Under the pieces are notes generated by a model. The model did no database searches. It was not told where the DNA came from and saw only the letters and a program-made list of their open reading frames with translations. This document shows positions 31,746 to 42,014 of a stretch of DNA of 64,000 bases, piece by piece. A program made the translations under genes and the position numbers. This stretch comes from a virus (Duplodnaviria; Heunggongvirae; Uroviricota; Caudoviricetes), in the IMG/VR virus record IMGVR_UViG_2703718869_000013, positions 1 through 64,000 of that record. One strand, given 5' to 3'. Position 1 is the stretch's first letter. Each line of letters opens with the position of its first letter.

Positions 31746-32747
31746 ATGTCAAAGAAAAACAGACCAACAATTGGGCGAACCCTTAATCCTTCAATATTAA
31801 GCGGATTTGATAGTTCTTCAGCCTCTGGCGATCGAGTCGAGCAGGTATTCAAGTTATCAACTGGTCGCCAGGCCACATTTATTGAAGAGGTAATACCTCC
31901 GAACCAGGTAGAAAGCGATACCTTTGTTGATCAGCATAACAACGGGCGTGACCAGGCATCTCTTACGCCAAAATCATTAAAAAGTATCCGAAGCACTATT
32001 AAGCATCAGCAATTTTACCCTGCAATAGGTGTTAGACGGGGTACAGGGAAAATTGAAATTTTGGATGGTTCCCGGCGTCGAGCTTCTGCCATCTTAGAGA
32101 ACGTAGGGTTGCGGGTTTTAGTCACGGACCAGGAGATCAGCGTTCAGGAAGCGCAAAATTTAGCGAAAGACGTTCAGACAGCATTGCAGCACAGCATTCG
32201 AGAAATAGGTCTGCGTTTGATGCGAATGAAAAATGATGGGATGAGTCAGAAGGATATTGCAGCCAAAGAAGGGCTGTCTCAGGCTAAGGTCACGCGTGCT
32301 CTCCAGGCAGCGAGTGCTCCGGAAGAATTAGTCGCCCTTTTCCCTGTGCAGTCGGAATTAACCTTTTCGGACTACAAAACGCTTTGTGCTGTTGGCGACG
32401 AAATGGGGAACAAGAATTTAGAGTTTGATCAGCTTATTCAAAACATATCCCCGGAAATAAACGACATCTTATCCATTGAAGAAATGGCCGAAGATGAAGT
32501 TAAAAATAAAATCCTGCGCTTGATAACAAAGGAAGCCTCACTACTCACGGATAAAGGTTCTAAAGATAAGTCCGTAGTTACTGAATTATGGAAATTTGAG
32601 GACAAGGATCGCTTTGCAAGGAAGCGCGTGAAAGGCCGTGCATTTTCTTATGAGTTTAATCGACTTTCAAAAGAGCTACAGGAAGAACTCGACAGGATGA
32701 TTGGGCATATCCTTAGAAAGAGCCTCGATAAAAAGCCGAAGCCTTAA
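31746..32747 (+). CDS. parB: plasmid partition protein ParB (P1 type)
   Basis: 333 aa, immediately downstream of parA and upstream of parS. Confidence 0.85.
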   Translation: MSKKNRPTIGRTLNPSILSGFDSSSASGDRVEQVFKLSTGRQATFIEEVIPPNQVESDTFVDQHNNGRDQASLTPKSLKSIRSTIKHQQFYPAIGVRRGTGKIEILDGSRRRASAILENVGLRVLVTDQEISVQEAQNLAKDVQTALQHSIREIGLRLMRMKNDGMSQKDIAAKEGLSQAKVTRALQAASAPEELVALFPVQSELTFSDYKTLCAVGDEMGNKNLEFDQLIQNISPEINDILSIEEMAEDEVKNKILRLITKEASLLTDKGSKDKSVVTELWKFEDKDRFARKRVKGRAFSYEFNRLSKELQEELDRMIGHILRKSLDKKPKP

Positions 32748-32749
32748 AC

Positions 32750-32840
32750 TTTCGCCATTCAAATTTCACTATTAACCTACTGTTTTTAAAGTAAATCCAT
32801 CTAAAATTTCAAGGTGAAATCGCCACGATTTCACCTTGGA
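32750..32840. other. parS: partition site parS (heptamer box A atttcac, hexamer box B tcgcca, AT-rich IHF-like core)
   Basis: tcgccattcaaatttcac ... aaatttcaaggtgaaatcgccacgatttcac. Confidence 0.75.
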
Positions 32841-32901
32841 TTTTACCTTCCTCCCCTACTCCCGAAAAAATAAAAAAATTGCTTGTCACGAGAAAGTCAA
32901 C

Positions 32902-32920
32902 AAGTGACTTTCAATAAAAT
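32902..32920 (+). promoter_or_regulatory. putative P1-type late promoter (9-bp palindrome AAGTGACTT, 4 nt, TAAAAT)
   Basis: same palindrome/spacing/-10 arrangement as upstream of lydA at 58605. Confidence 0.35.
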
Positions 32921-32971
32921 CTCTTCCGAAAAGGGATTCACACAAGTGCCTTGTGTTTAAGGAAGAGTAAA

Positions 32972-34678
32972 TTGAGTAACTTACGCGAATACCAGAATCG
33001 TATTGCAGATATCGCAAAACGCTCTAAAGCTGTGCTTGGCTGGGCAAGCACTGCGCAGTTCGGTACTGATAACCAATTCATTAAAGATGATGCCGCGCGT
33101 GCCGCATCTATCCTTGAAGCTGCACGTAAAGACCCGGTTTTTGCGGGTATCTCTGATAATGCCACCGCTCAAATCGCTACAGCGTGGGCAAGTGCACTGG
33201 CTGACTACGCCGCAGCACATAAATCTATGCCGCGTCCGGAAATTCTGGCCTCCTGCCACCAGACGCTGGAAAACTGCCTGATTGAGTCCACCCGCAATAG
33301 CATGGATGCCACTAATAAAGCGATGCTGGAATCCGTCGCAGCAGAGATGATGAGCGTTTCTGACGGTGTTATGCGTCTGCCTTTATTCCTCGCGATGATC
33401 CTGCCTGTTCAGTTGGGGGCAGCTACCGCTGATGCGTGTACCTTCATTCCGGTTACGCGTGACCAGTCCGACATCTATGAAGTCTTTAACGTGGCAGGTT
33501 CCTCTTTTGGTTCTTATGCTGCTGGTGATGTTCTGGACATGCAATCCGTTGGTGTGTACAGCCAGTTACGTCGCCGCTATGTGCTGGTGGCAAGCTCCGA
33601 TGGCACCAGCAAAACCGCAACCTTCAAGATGGAAGACTTCGAAGGCCAGAATGTACCAATCCGAAAAGGTCGCACTAACATCTACGTTAACCGTATTAAG
33701 TCTGTTGTTGATAACGGTTCCGGCAGCCTACTTCACTCGTTTACTAATGCTGCTGGTGAGCAAATCACTGTTACCTGCTCTCTGAACTACAACATTGGTC
33801 AGATTGCCCTGTCGTTCTCCAAAGCGCCGGATAAAGGCACTGAGATCGCAATTGAGACGGAAATCAATATTGAAGCCGCACCTGAGCTGATCCCGCTGAT
33901 CAACCACGAAATGAAGAAATACACCCTGTTCCCAAGTCAGTTCGTTATCGCGGCTGAGCACACGGTACAGGCGGCGTATGAAGCACAGCGTGAATTTGGT
34001 CTGGACCTGGGTTCCCTACAGTTCCGCACCCTGAAGGAATACCTGTCTCATGAACAGGATATGCTGCGTCTTCGCATCATGATCTGGCGTACTCTTGCGA
34101 CCGACACCTTTGACATCGCTCTGCCGGTTAACCAGTCCTTTAATGTATGGGCAACCATCATTCGTGGCAAATTCCAGACTGTATATCGCGACATTATTGA
34201 GCGCGTTAAATCTTCTGGTGCGATGGGGATGTTTGCTGGTGCTGATGCAGCATCTTTCTTCAAACAGTTGCCGAAGGATTTCTTCCAGCCAGCCGAAGAC
34301 TATATCCAGACTCCGTATGTTCACTACATCGGTACCCTGTTCGGTAACGTGAAAGTGTACGAAGTACCTGCTGGTATTTGTAAGAACTTAACGACAGAGA
34401 ACATTCAGTTCAGCTCGATGGATGTGCTGTGCTACGTCCGTGATGAAAATCCGGGTAAAGCAGGCTTCGTGACTGGTGATGCTGTCCCGGCTATCCCGTT
34501 CCAGCATCCGACCACTCCGGCGCTGGTCAACCGTACCACACTGTGGGGTTCGGCTATCAACGATATGCACCCACGCAACGGCGCTGATTACTTCACTCGT
34601 GTAACGCTGACAATGGCCAAAAAAGGCGGGCTTAACTTCATAAGCGGCGACACGATTGATGCCGGTGACTCTGAGTAA
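32972..34678 (+). CDS. phage structural protein, candidate major head protein by synteny (P1 gene 23 position)
   Basis: 569 aa from TTG at 32972 with AGGAAG RBS; first gene after parS. Confidence 0.4.
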   Translation: MSNLREYQNRIADIAKRSKAVLGWASTAQFGTDNQFIKDDAARAASILEAARKDPVFAGISDNATAQIATAWASALADYAAAHKSMPRPEILASCHQTLENCLIESTRNSMDATNKAMLESVAAEMMSVSDGVMRLPLFLAMILPVQLGAATADACTFIPVTRDQSDIYEVFNVAGSSFGSYAAGDVLDMQSVGVYSQLRRRYVLVASSDGTSKTATFKMEDFEGQNVPIRKGRTNIYVNRIKSVVDNGSGSLLHSFTNAAGEQITVTCSLNYNIGQIALSFSKAPDKGTEIAIETEINIEAAPELIPLINHEMKKYTLFPSQFVIAAEHTVQAAYEAQREFGLDLGSLQFRTLKEYLSHEQDMLRLRIMIWRTLATDTFDIALPVNQSFNVWATIIRGKFQTVYRDIIERVKSSGAMGMFAGADAASFFKQLPKDFFQPAEDYIQTPYVHYIGTLFGNVKVYEVPAGICKNLTTENIQFSSMDVLCYVRDENPGKAGFVTGDAVPAIPFQHPTTPALVNRTTLWGSAINDMHPRNGADYFTRVTLTMAKKGGLNFISGDTIDAGDSE

Positions 34679-34738
34679 TCAGGGGAAGTTCTCCGTTTAA
34701 CATAGCGCCCCCGTGCGGGGCGCATAACAGGGAAAGTT

Positions 34739-36328
34739 ATGTCTCAATATTCAATTCAACAGTCATTAGGTAATGCATCCGGCGTCGCGGTTAGCCCGAT
34801 CAATGCCGATGCGACGTTATCTACCGGTGTTGCATTAAATAGCAGCTTGTGGGCTGGTATTGGCGTATTTGCGCGTGGCAAGCCGTTTACTGTTCTTGCG
34901 GTTACTGAGTCCAATTACAAAGATGTTCTCGGCGAACCGCTGAAGCCGTCTTCCGGCTCACAGTTCGAACCAATTCGCCATGTATACGAAGCTATTCAGC
35001 AAACGTCAGGTTATGTTGTTCGTGCTGTTCCGGATGATGCGAAGTTCCCGATTATTATGTTCGATGAATCAGGCGAACCGGCTTACAGTGCGTTGCCATA
35101 CGGTTCTGAAATTGAACTTGATAGTGGCGAAGCCTTTGCTATCTACGTTGATGATGGTGATCCGTGTATTTCACCTACCCGTGAGTTAACCATCGAAACG
35201 GCAACAGCGGACAGCGCGGGTAATGAACGCTTCCTCTTAAAACTGACCCAGACGACTTCGCTCGGCGTGGTAACGACCCTGGAGACACACACTGTGTCTT
35301 TGGCGGAAGAAGCGAAAGATGACATGGGCCGCTTGTGTTATCTGCCTACGGCTCTGGAAGCCCGTTCTAAATATCTGCGCGCGGTTGTTAATGAAGAGCT
35401 GATTTCGACGGCGAAAGTAACAAATAAAAAATCGCTGGCGTTCACTGGTGGTACCAACGGTGATCAGTCGAAAATCTCAACCGCTGCGTACCTGCGTGCG
35501 GTTAAGGTGCTGAACAATGCGCCGTACATGTACACCGCTGTTCTCGGCCTGGGTTGCTATGACAATGCGGCGATCACCGCGTTAGGTAATATCTGTTCTG
35601 ATCGCCTGATTGATGGCTTCTTTGATGTCAAACCGACATTGACGTATACGGAAGCGCTCTCTGCTGTTGAAGATACCGGTTTACTTGGTACCGATTATGT
35701 AAGCTGTGCTGTCTATCACTACCCGTTCTCCTGCAAAGACAAATGGACCCAATCCCGTGTGGTCTTTGGTCTGTCTGGCGTGGCGTATGCGGCGAAAGCT
35801 CGTGGCGTCAAGAAAAACTCTGATGTCGGCGGTTGGCATTACTCACCGGCTGGTGAAGAACGTGCCGTCATTGCTCGTGCGTCAATTCAACCGCTGTATC
35901 CGGAAGATACCCCGGACGAAGAAGCAATGGTCAAGGGCCGTCTCAATAAAGTATCTGTTGGCACCTCTGGCCAGATGATCATCGACGATGCTTTAACTTG
36001 CTGCACGCAGGATAACTATCTGCACTTCCAGCACGTCCCATCCCTGATGAATGCAATCAGCCGTTTCTTTGTCCAGTTAGCCCGACAGATGAAGCATAGC
36101 CCGGACGGTATTACTGCGGCTGGCCTGACTAAAGGGATGACCAAACTTTTAGATCGCTTTGTCGCCTCCGGCGCTCTGGTGGCTCCTCGTGATCCTGATG
36201 CTGACGGTACAGAACCGTATGTGCTGAAAGTTACGCAGGCGGAATTCGATAAATGGGAAGTAGTCTGGGCCTGCTGCCCGACTGGCGTAGCCCGTCGTAT
36301 CCAGGGCGTACCGCTGCTTATTAAGTAA
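34739..36328 (+). CDS. putative tail sheath protein
   Basis: 529 aa, size and position consistent with a contractile sheath gene. Confidence 0.4.
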   Translation: MSQYSIQQSLGNASGVAVSPINADATLSTGVALNSSLWAGIGVFARGKPFTVLAVTESNYKDVLGEPLKPSSGSQFEPIRHVYEAIQQTSGYVVRAVPDDAKFPIIMFDESGEPAYSALPYGSEIELDSGEAFAIYVDDGDPCISPTRELTIETATADSAGNERFLLKLTQTTSLGVVTTLETHTVSLAEEAKDDMGRLCYLPTALEARSKYLRAVVNEELISTAKVTNKKSLAFTGGTNGDQSKISTAAYLRAVKVLNNAPYMYTAVLGLGCYDNAAITALGNICSDRLIDGFFDVKPTLTYTEALSAVEDTGLLGTDYVSCAVYHYPFSCKDKWTQSRVVFGLSGVAYAAKARGVKKNSDVGGWHYSPAGEERAVIARASIQPLYPEDTPDEEAMVKGRLNKVSVGTSGQMIIDDALTCCTQDNYLHFQHVPSLMNAISRFFVQLARQMKHSPDGITAAGLTKGMTKLLDRFVASGALVAPRDPDADGTEPYVLKVTQAEFDKWEVVWACCPTGVARRIQGVPLLIK

Positions 36329-36337
36329 GGGAATACA

Positions 36338-37153
36338 ATGAGCAAAAACTTTTTTCAATCCGGGGCATTTTTGGGGAATGGACTGTCTCGTTTCGCTTTG
36401 AACTCTGATCCTGTGCAGCTGATGGAGTCCGCCCGAGCAAGCGCCGAACAGCCAACAGATCCGGTTATTAATAATAATCCGGAACCGGCGGCACAGACTA
36501 ACGATAACGTTCCATCTGATCCGGCTCCTGAGCAAATCCTGGAAGGGAAAGACGGTAAAGAATGGACCGTCGAACAGGCGCACCAGATGATTCTGGAAGC
36601 TGCAAATAGAAGTGCTATGCAGAATGCGTTGAGTGATGCGGCCGACGCCGTTTTCGCCTGGGCTGATAGCGGTGATCTGACTTTCGACTCCCTTGATGGT
36701 TTCGTTCAGGCTATCGCTGGTATCTCTGATGACGACGACTCCGAAGTTACAGAAGAACAGGACGATGCCTATAACGAAGCATGGGCAAATGTTGCTGACT
36801 TCCTCGCAGCATGCGGTGTAGATGATGACCTGATCGAAGCACTGGCTGACGATGAAGACGACGACGCAGCTGCTGATGTTGGTGCCTCTATCGCTGGTTT
36901 AGATAGCGACGACCGCGACGAACTGGAAGCGGCGTTTGTTGTTGCTGGCACTTCTGATGAAATGCTGACTGAAGCATTTAAGAAGGTTGTTCGTAATGGT
37001 GAGATCAAACTCATCCGTAAACGCCTGCGTAAAAAACGTCTGACTGCGGCTCAAAAATCGGCGCTGAAAAAAGCACGCCGTAAAGCCCAGACCGGCGCGG
37101 CAAAACTGGCCCGCAAAAAGTCAATGAAACTGCGCCGTAAGCGCCTTGGCTAA
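36338..37153 (+). CDS. acidic structural/scaffold-like protein with basic C-terminal tail
   Basis: D/E-rich body and C-terminal RKRLRKKRL...RRKRLG. Confidence 0.4.
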   Translation: MSKNFFQSGAFLGNGLSRFALNSDPVQLMESARASAEQPTDPVINNNPEPAAQTNDNVPSDPAPEQILEGKDGKEWTVEQAHQMILEAANRSAMQNALSDAADAVFAWADSGDLTFDSLDGFVQAIAGISDDDDSEVTEEQDDAYNEAWANVADFLAACGVDDDLIEALADDEDDDAAADVGASIAGLDSDDRDELEAAFVVAGTSDEMLTEAFKKVVRNGEIKLIRKRLRKKRLTAAQKSALKKARRKAQTGAAKLARKKSMKLRRKRLG

Positions 37154-37160
37154 AGGAGGA

Positions 37161-37184
37161 GGCCGGAGAACTCCGGCCTTTAAC
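37161..37184 (+). terminator. intergenic stem-loop (weak terminator/attenuator)
   Basis: ggccggag-aa-ctccggcc then ttt. Confidence 0.3.
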
Positions 37185-37188
37185 TTGA

Positions 37189-37770
37189 ATGGCACCTATA
37201 CCTTATGGGGTTTACAGCCAGGCTGACGGTGTATCACCATTTCTGAAAGTTACTTTAACGAACTCTCAGTACCAGGTTACCGGATATATCAGCCAGGGAG
37301 CGGCAATGAACATGGCCCAGAATTGGGAAGCGCCGTTTACCGGTATGTCCATGGGATCTGTTTCTGGTGCTCTGGGTGGTTTTGTGCAAGTAGGTACTGA
37401 AACAACGTCGGTTGCCCGTTGGAATAGCTTAATGGTTTGGGAAGGGGGGACTCCGCCGACGTTCACGCTGCCTGTAACTTTCATTGCTTTGAACAATCCA
37501 TTCATTGAAGTTTCAGGCGCTATCGCCGCGTTGACAGCCATGATTAGCCCGGAACTAAAAGCGGCCAATGTTGGTGGTCGAATCCCGGAGCGCGTGACGC
37601 TAAACATTGGTCGCCGGATCAACATCACCGATGTCGCCATCCAGGACTTAAGTTTTGATCTCGATGCGCCAAGGGATAGTAATGGATATTTCCTGAAAAA
37701 CACCGTCAACCTCCAGTTGACCGGTTCTTCGATATATAACAGCTCCGATATTGTTCGGGCGTTCCAGTAA
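37189..37770 (+). CDS. hypothetical structural protein (193 aa)
   Basis: ORF track; late operon context. Confidence 0.4.
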   Translation: MAPIPYGVYSQADGVSPFLKVTLTNSQYQVTGYISQGAAMNMAQNWEAPFTGMSMGSVSGALGGFVQVGTETTSVARWNSLMVWEGGTPPTFTLPVTFIALNNPFIEVSGAIAALTAMISPELKAANVGGRIPERVTLNIGRRINITDVAIQDLSFDLDAPRDSNGYFLKNTVNLQLTGSSIYNSSDIVRAFQ

Positions 37771-37781
37771 AAGGATTTTAT

Positions 37782-38291
37782 ATGGGACACAATAACACTA
37801 AGGGAAACCGTAAATTTATTAAGGGCCGCTATACTGCCAACGCGGCCAAAGGCGAACGACTGGTATCTTCTGAATTCCAGCTCACTTTTGCAGGCCGTGA
37901 AGATATCAGCGTACTGGTTCGTACGTCGCAAATTCCTGAAATGACCCGCGAGGATGTGGAGGACTATGGTCCGAATGGTGTGAAGTTCAACCAGCACGGA
38001 CCAATTCGAAACTCTGGGGAAATCCAGGTCCAGTGCGTGGAGACTATCGAAGGCGATATTCTTCAGTTCATCAAGGATCGCATTGCGGCGAAGGACTATG
38101 TTGATATCACGATGGCTGCTACCCCTGAATCCAAATCTTCCGGGGTTAACGCTGTGACAAAAGCTGCTACAACAATTGAAATGTTGGACTGCAAAATCTA
38201 CAGTGATGCAATCGACTTTAGTACCGAAGATGTGACTGCCGCTGTGCGCCCGTCACTTCGTATCGTTTACAACTGGATTGAGTGGGATTAA
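37782..38291 (+). CDS. hypothetical structural protein, possibly tail tube-like (169 aa)
   Basis: ORF track; last gene before a strong terminator. Confidence 0.4.
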   Translation: MGHNNTKGNRKFIKGRYTANAAKGERLVSSEFQLTFAGREDISVLVRTSQIPEMTREDVEDYGPNGVKFNQHGPIRNSGEIQVQCVETIEGDILQFIKDRIAAKDYVDITMAATPESKSSGVNAVTKAATTIEMLDCKIYSDAIDFSTEDVTAAVRPSLRIVYNWIEWD

Positions 38292-38310
38292 GAGTCACCC
38301 CTTGTATTTT

Positions 38311-38336
38311 AAAGCTCCTACGGGAGCTTTTTTGTG
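38311..38336 (+). terminator. intrinsic terminator
   Basis: aaagctcc-tacg-ggagcttt followed by tttt. Confidence 0.65.
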
Positions 38337-38374
38337 CTTAAATTATGCCGGTATAGCGAAATTTTGAGCATATT

Positions 38375-38671
38375 ATGGAAATTGATTTTTCATACTCTCC
38401 TGAAACGATAGAACGAAGATTCGAAATAATTGGATGCAAAACTATTTCAGAGGAGCATTATTGGATTCTCTATGATGCCAATACATGGTTATGTGCCTTA
38501 GCAGAATGTCGGCCATCGTTATGTGCAGGGGAGGGAGGACTTCGACATAAGGTGCTGGCTACACTTGAAGTGAACACGTTACGATATTGGTGTGTCGAAA
38601 TACTTAGGGATAACAAAGAATTACATTTATTATTGCTGAATAAGTGTGCGCCTCTGCGCAGGAAAGCATAA
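38375..38671 (+). CDS. hypothetical Cys-containing protein (98 aa) in AT-rich cargo island
   Basis: ORF track; followed by hairpin gaacccga...tcgggttc plus T-run at about 38796..38835. Confidence 0.3.
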   Translation: MEIDFSYSPETIERRFEIIGCKTISEEHYWILYDANTWLCALAECRPSLCAGEGGLRHKVLATLEVNTLRYWCVEILRDNKELHLLLLNKCAPLRRKA

Positions 38672-38837
38672 GAAAACCCAACCGCCATACTGGAATTATC
38701 AGAAGAATATGTGCGGAAAGTTATAGCTAGCTATTGAAAAGCTAAAGTAGATCGGTTAGATTTACTTTACTCATCTACCATGCGTAGAAAGAGCGATCGA
38801 ACCCGATACATAGCAATATGTGTCGGGTTCAGCTTTT

Positions 38838-39317
38838 TTATGTCCCAAGTGCTCTTTTTCTGCTTTGTTTGAGTGTTCTGATTTTACTGTCATAGGTTAC
38901 AACATAGGCTGTTTTGAGAAGCCAATAGTCTCTACGTGCGGATAGCACAACAACGTAGTTTTCACACTCGTTCCAGATTACCCACTCTTCAGTTGGTCCT
39001 CGTCTTTCAGACCAACATGATATATCGCAATGGTCATAATTCCTTATCATATGCGCGATCCAGCGGATCCGCTTACACCGTTCAAGATCTGGTATTCGTT
39101 CTTCTTCTATTTTTCCCTCTGATACTAAATGCCAAAATCCGAACTCTTTCCCATCATATTCCGGTGAATAACGTAATCGAACAGGGAGACCCTTAAACGT
39201 TATATTAGAGATTAAAATATCTTCTCTAACAACATCATATACATCGTCTATATACTCTTGCCAACTTCCATTGAAGTACAATAAATCTGGCATTTGAAGC
39301 ATCAGCGAGCCTCCCAC
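38838..39317 (-). CDS. hypothetical protein (159 aa), partner of DUF3800-like gene
   Basis: 16-nt overlap with upstream gene; AT-rich codon usage unlike flanking phage genes. Confidence 0.45.
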   Translation of the reverse strand: MGGSLMLQMPDLLYFNGSWQEYIDDVYDVVREDILISNITFKGLPVRLRYSPEYDGKEFGFWHLVSEGKIEEERIPDLERCKRIRWIAHMIRNYDHCDISCWSERRGPTEEWVIWNECENYVVVLSARRDYWLLKTAYVVTYDSKIRTLKQSRKRALGT

Positions 39318-40006
39318 ACGAAAATATTAAATTTACTTTCTGTTGGAAGAGTGCTTTTTAGTAACTCCCTGTTTGTATGTGATTTTATCCTGTTTATGAC
39401 TTGGATTTTTCCCGCGTTGCTATTCATTCCTCGATGAACGTAGCCTAACGCACCAATGAAAAGATCCGTTAGCTGCAATTGTTGCACTTCATGAGATCGT
39501 ATATGTTGAATTCTGTTTATCGACTCATGATTGTAATCATAGCGATCATTGTGAAGAACTCCTCTTAATTTCTCAATTTTTTCAATACCTAAAGTATCTT
39601 TTATATCTAGGTAGATATTGTATGTGTTGTTACTTTCTATTATGTTTTTTAAGACATAAAAAAACATCTTATAATAGAAAGTATTATGATCTTGATGGAA
39701 TCGAGCATGGTCCAGTTGCTCTTTATCAGGAACAACAACACCTCTAAAGCGCAATGCTGGGTTGCTGAAGAAGTAATCTACGACCTCTAAGTAAAATTCA
39801 ACTTTGGACGCAGATACTTTAGTCCACTTGATTTCGAAATCAGGTTTTAAATTGTGTTTTAATTTTAATCCCTTGATGTCTCTAGCAATTTTTTTTGTGA
39901 TAGTGCCAGGACACCAAAGCGCACCCAATACCATGACTTTATTATGATCATTTAGTAGGTGACAGGATTCATCGCAGAATACATTAAATGTTCTTCGGTT
40001 CAACAT
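39302..40006 (-). CDS. DUF3800-like protein (234 aa)
   Basis: N-terminal FCDESCH (DESG-like) and C-terminal SHEVQQLQLTDLFIGAL motifs recalled for DUF3800. Confidence 0.45.
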   Translation of the reverse strand: MLNRRTFNVFCDESCHLLNDHNKVMVLGALWCPGTITKKIARDIKGLKLKHNLKPDFEIKWTKVSASKVEFYLEVVDYFFSNPALRFRGVVVPDKEQLDHARFHQDHNTFYYKMFFYVLKNIIESNNTYNIYLDIKDTLGIEKIEKLRGVLHNDRYDYNHESINRIQHIRSHEVQQLQLTDLFIGALGYVHRGMNSNAGKIQVINRIKSHTNRELLKSTLPTESKFNIFVWEAR

Positions 40007-40174
40007 GTTAACTCCACTTATTGTTAGGTAGAATTGTCCGTTAGTTGTTTATTAATTGCAATAATTGGACGTTCTGATTTGCTAACTACGTCATCTTACC
40101 AGGACGCCTATGAGTTTTCCTCATGGCAAACTAGAGGTGTTGAAAGTATGCATGGTTATAATTAGAGCAATCTA

Positions 40175-41020
40175 TCACCCTCTGAATCCTACCGGTATAC
40201 CCCATTGTTCGTTATCTTTATTTTTGGCTAATACCGCATTAAGAGCTTCGTTTACCGTCATGCAATGCGGTAGATTATCGAAGTTTGATATCCAGCCAAT
40301 ATCAGGAGAACGCTTGTTCTTCAGGTAAGCATATTTCCGCGCTGCCGCCTCTACTTTCTGCTTGAACTCATGTTTTTGAGCGCGTTTTTTGGATAACCGC
40401 AGATTGTCAGCCTTTGCTTTTGCTTCAGCGATCCATGAAGTCAATTTTTTGAGTCTGGTCGTTCCGGCACCGCCGGAAACTGATCTTTTTGTTTTTTTAA
40501 CTTGTGACTTCTTATTCTTTATTGCCACGTCATCCTGACAGGGGGAGGGGGTATCATTTTGACATGGGGGTGTGGATAAAAAATTAAATAAAGCCAATGT
40601 CTTAGCGAGAACAGCTTTAACCTTGGTTGCCGCTGAAGAGATCTTTAATTTGCTTTCAATCAGCGCATTTTTGGCTTGTTGTGCGAAGGCCAAAAAGGAT
40701 GGTGTAAACCGGTACAGGTTAGCGCGACGTTCACGGTGATCGCCGATAACAATCTCTACAGACAGAATTCCTTTGTTTACAGCTTCACGGAATGCACGAA
40801 CGACGGTTGATTGGCTATAACCAGTTTCTGCCGCGATCAGGCGGTGAGGCTTGTGAATGAAGTATTCACTGGTTGTTGCCGCTAGATTTGCACATTGCGA
40901 CAGGATATGCCCGGCGCTACGAGATAGACCGGAGTGTGTTACAAAGCAGGCCAATTCATAGCCAGAAAAAGTAAAATCGCTCATCGTTATACAGCTCAGG
41001 AAAGTGACTTTAGCCAGCAT
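40175..41020 (-). CDS. repL: lytic replication initiator RepL
   Basis: 281 aa, immediately downstream of kilA under a C1 operator, as in the P1 kilA-repL operon. Confidence 0.6.
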   Translation of the reverse strand: MLAKVTFLSCITMSDFTFSGYELACFVTHSGLSRSAGHILSQCANLAATTSEYFIHKPHRLIAAETGYSQSTVVRAFREAVNKGILSVEIVIGDHRERRANLYRFTPSFLAFAQQAKNALIESKLKISSAATKVKAVLAKTLALFNFLSTPPCQNDTPSPCQDDVAIKNKKSQVKKTKRSVSGGAGTTRLKKLTSWIAEAKAKADNLRLSKKRAQKHEFKQKVEAAARKYAYLKNKRSPDIGWISNFDNLPHCMTVNEALNAVLAKNKDNEQWGIPVGFRG

Positions 41021-41049
41021 TACAATGCTGGTGGTTCTTACTACGTCTG

Positions 41050-41850
41050 TTAGCGCGTTGCCGCGACAGGTACCAGCACACCAGCATCAAGCAATCGCTT
41101 CATCAGCCACTGCTGACCTTTGCCGGTTATACGAGTCGTGAAAGAAATCCTGCTTCCATTGCTTGTATCGATCACGGTTTCTTTAAGGGTGAAATACCCA
41201 CGGGATATGTATTCTTGTTTGGGGACGTTCCTGCGTTCACCGGTTGCGATCAGAATTCCGTTATCACGCAACCAGGTGAAGAGATAGTTTTGGCCCAGGC
41301 CGAGCACTTTGGCATAGTTGCCGATTAGAACCCCGCTGGCGGTAGCAACGCGTTCGGCGAATTCGACTTTAGGCGCATCCATAAGCATTTTTTGCTCCAG
41401 CCGTTGCTTTTGCTCTGCCAGGTCGGCAGCCAAACGGAGAGCTTCAGGGAGACTCTGCGGAATAGCAGGTTGTAATCTTCCGGCTCGATAGTCGATAAAT
41501 GTCTGGTTTACCTTCAGCCGAAACGCGGGAGAAATCCAGCCTGCGTACTCCACAGCGAGCAATTCATGGGCAAACGTACCGCCGCCACGGCCTTCGAACG
41601 AAACTATGCAATTCTGCATAGTTTCTTTTTCAAGCTCTTCGATGAGCTGTTTAGCTGACAGCGTTCTTAGCCATTGAGCTGGCGCTTTATGGGCACCGAG
41701 TCCGCTCGCTCTGTGTAGAGCATTAAGGTTGTAACGGCCAGCGCGGTCGGTCGTAATTTCAACACCACAAATAACGGGCAGAGTGGTTGAAGGATCGACA
41801 TTTTGATGAAGGTTTGATATATTCATATCCGCATTGAATGTTTGTTGCAT
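41050..41850 (-). CDS. kilA: KilA (KilA-N domain plus antirepressor KilA-C domain)
   Basis: N-terminal RAGRYNLNALHRASG...WLR pattern; C-terminal domain shared with the Ant proteins; 266 aa. Confidence 0.6.
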   Translation of the reverse strand: MQQTFNADMNISNLHQNVDPSTTLPVICGVEITTDRAGRYNLNALHRASGLGAHKAPAQWLRTLSAKQLIEELEKETMQNCIVSFEGRGGGTFAHELLAVEYAGWISPAFRLKVNQTFIDYRAGRLQPAIPQSLPEALRLAADLAEQKQRLEQKMLMDAPKVEFAERVATASGVLIGNYAKVLGLGQNYLFTWLRDNGILIATGERRNVPKQEYISRGYFTLKETVIDTSNGSRISFTTRITGKGQQWLMKRLLDAGVLVPVAATR

Positions 41851-41923
41851 TTTTTCTCCAAATTTGCATCAACCTTCAATCACCAGCTCGAAATGGTGAT
41901 TCTTTGCACTTAGAAAACGAAAT

Positions 41924-41940
41924 TTATTAGAGCAAATTTT
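41924..41940 (-). promoter_or_regulatory. C1-type operator (16/17) upstream of kilA-repL
   Basis: aaatttattagagcaaa. Confidence 0.55.
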
Positions 41941-42014
41941 TCTGACTCGATCCAGATCGGGTTGGACGATCTGCTCAGAAACCTGCCAGTTTGCTGGCAG
42001 GTTTTTTTCTTTTG

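Noticed and set aside
37266-37997. 243-aa minus-strand ORF antisense to two structural genes
   Set aside because: Fully embedded antisense within tightly coupled plus-strand structural genes; no start signals. Similar antisense ORFs inside dmt, darA and the tail fibre were rejected for the same reason.
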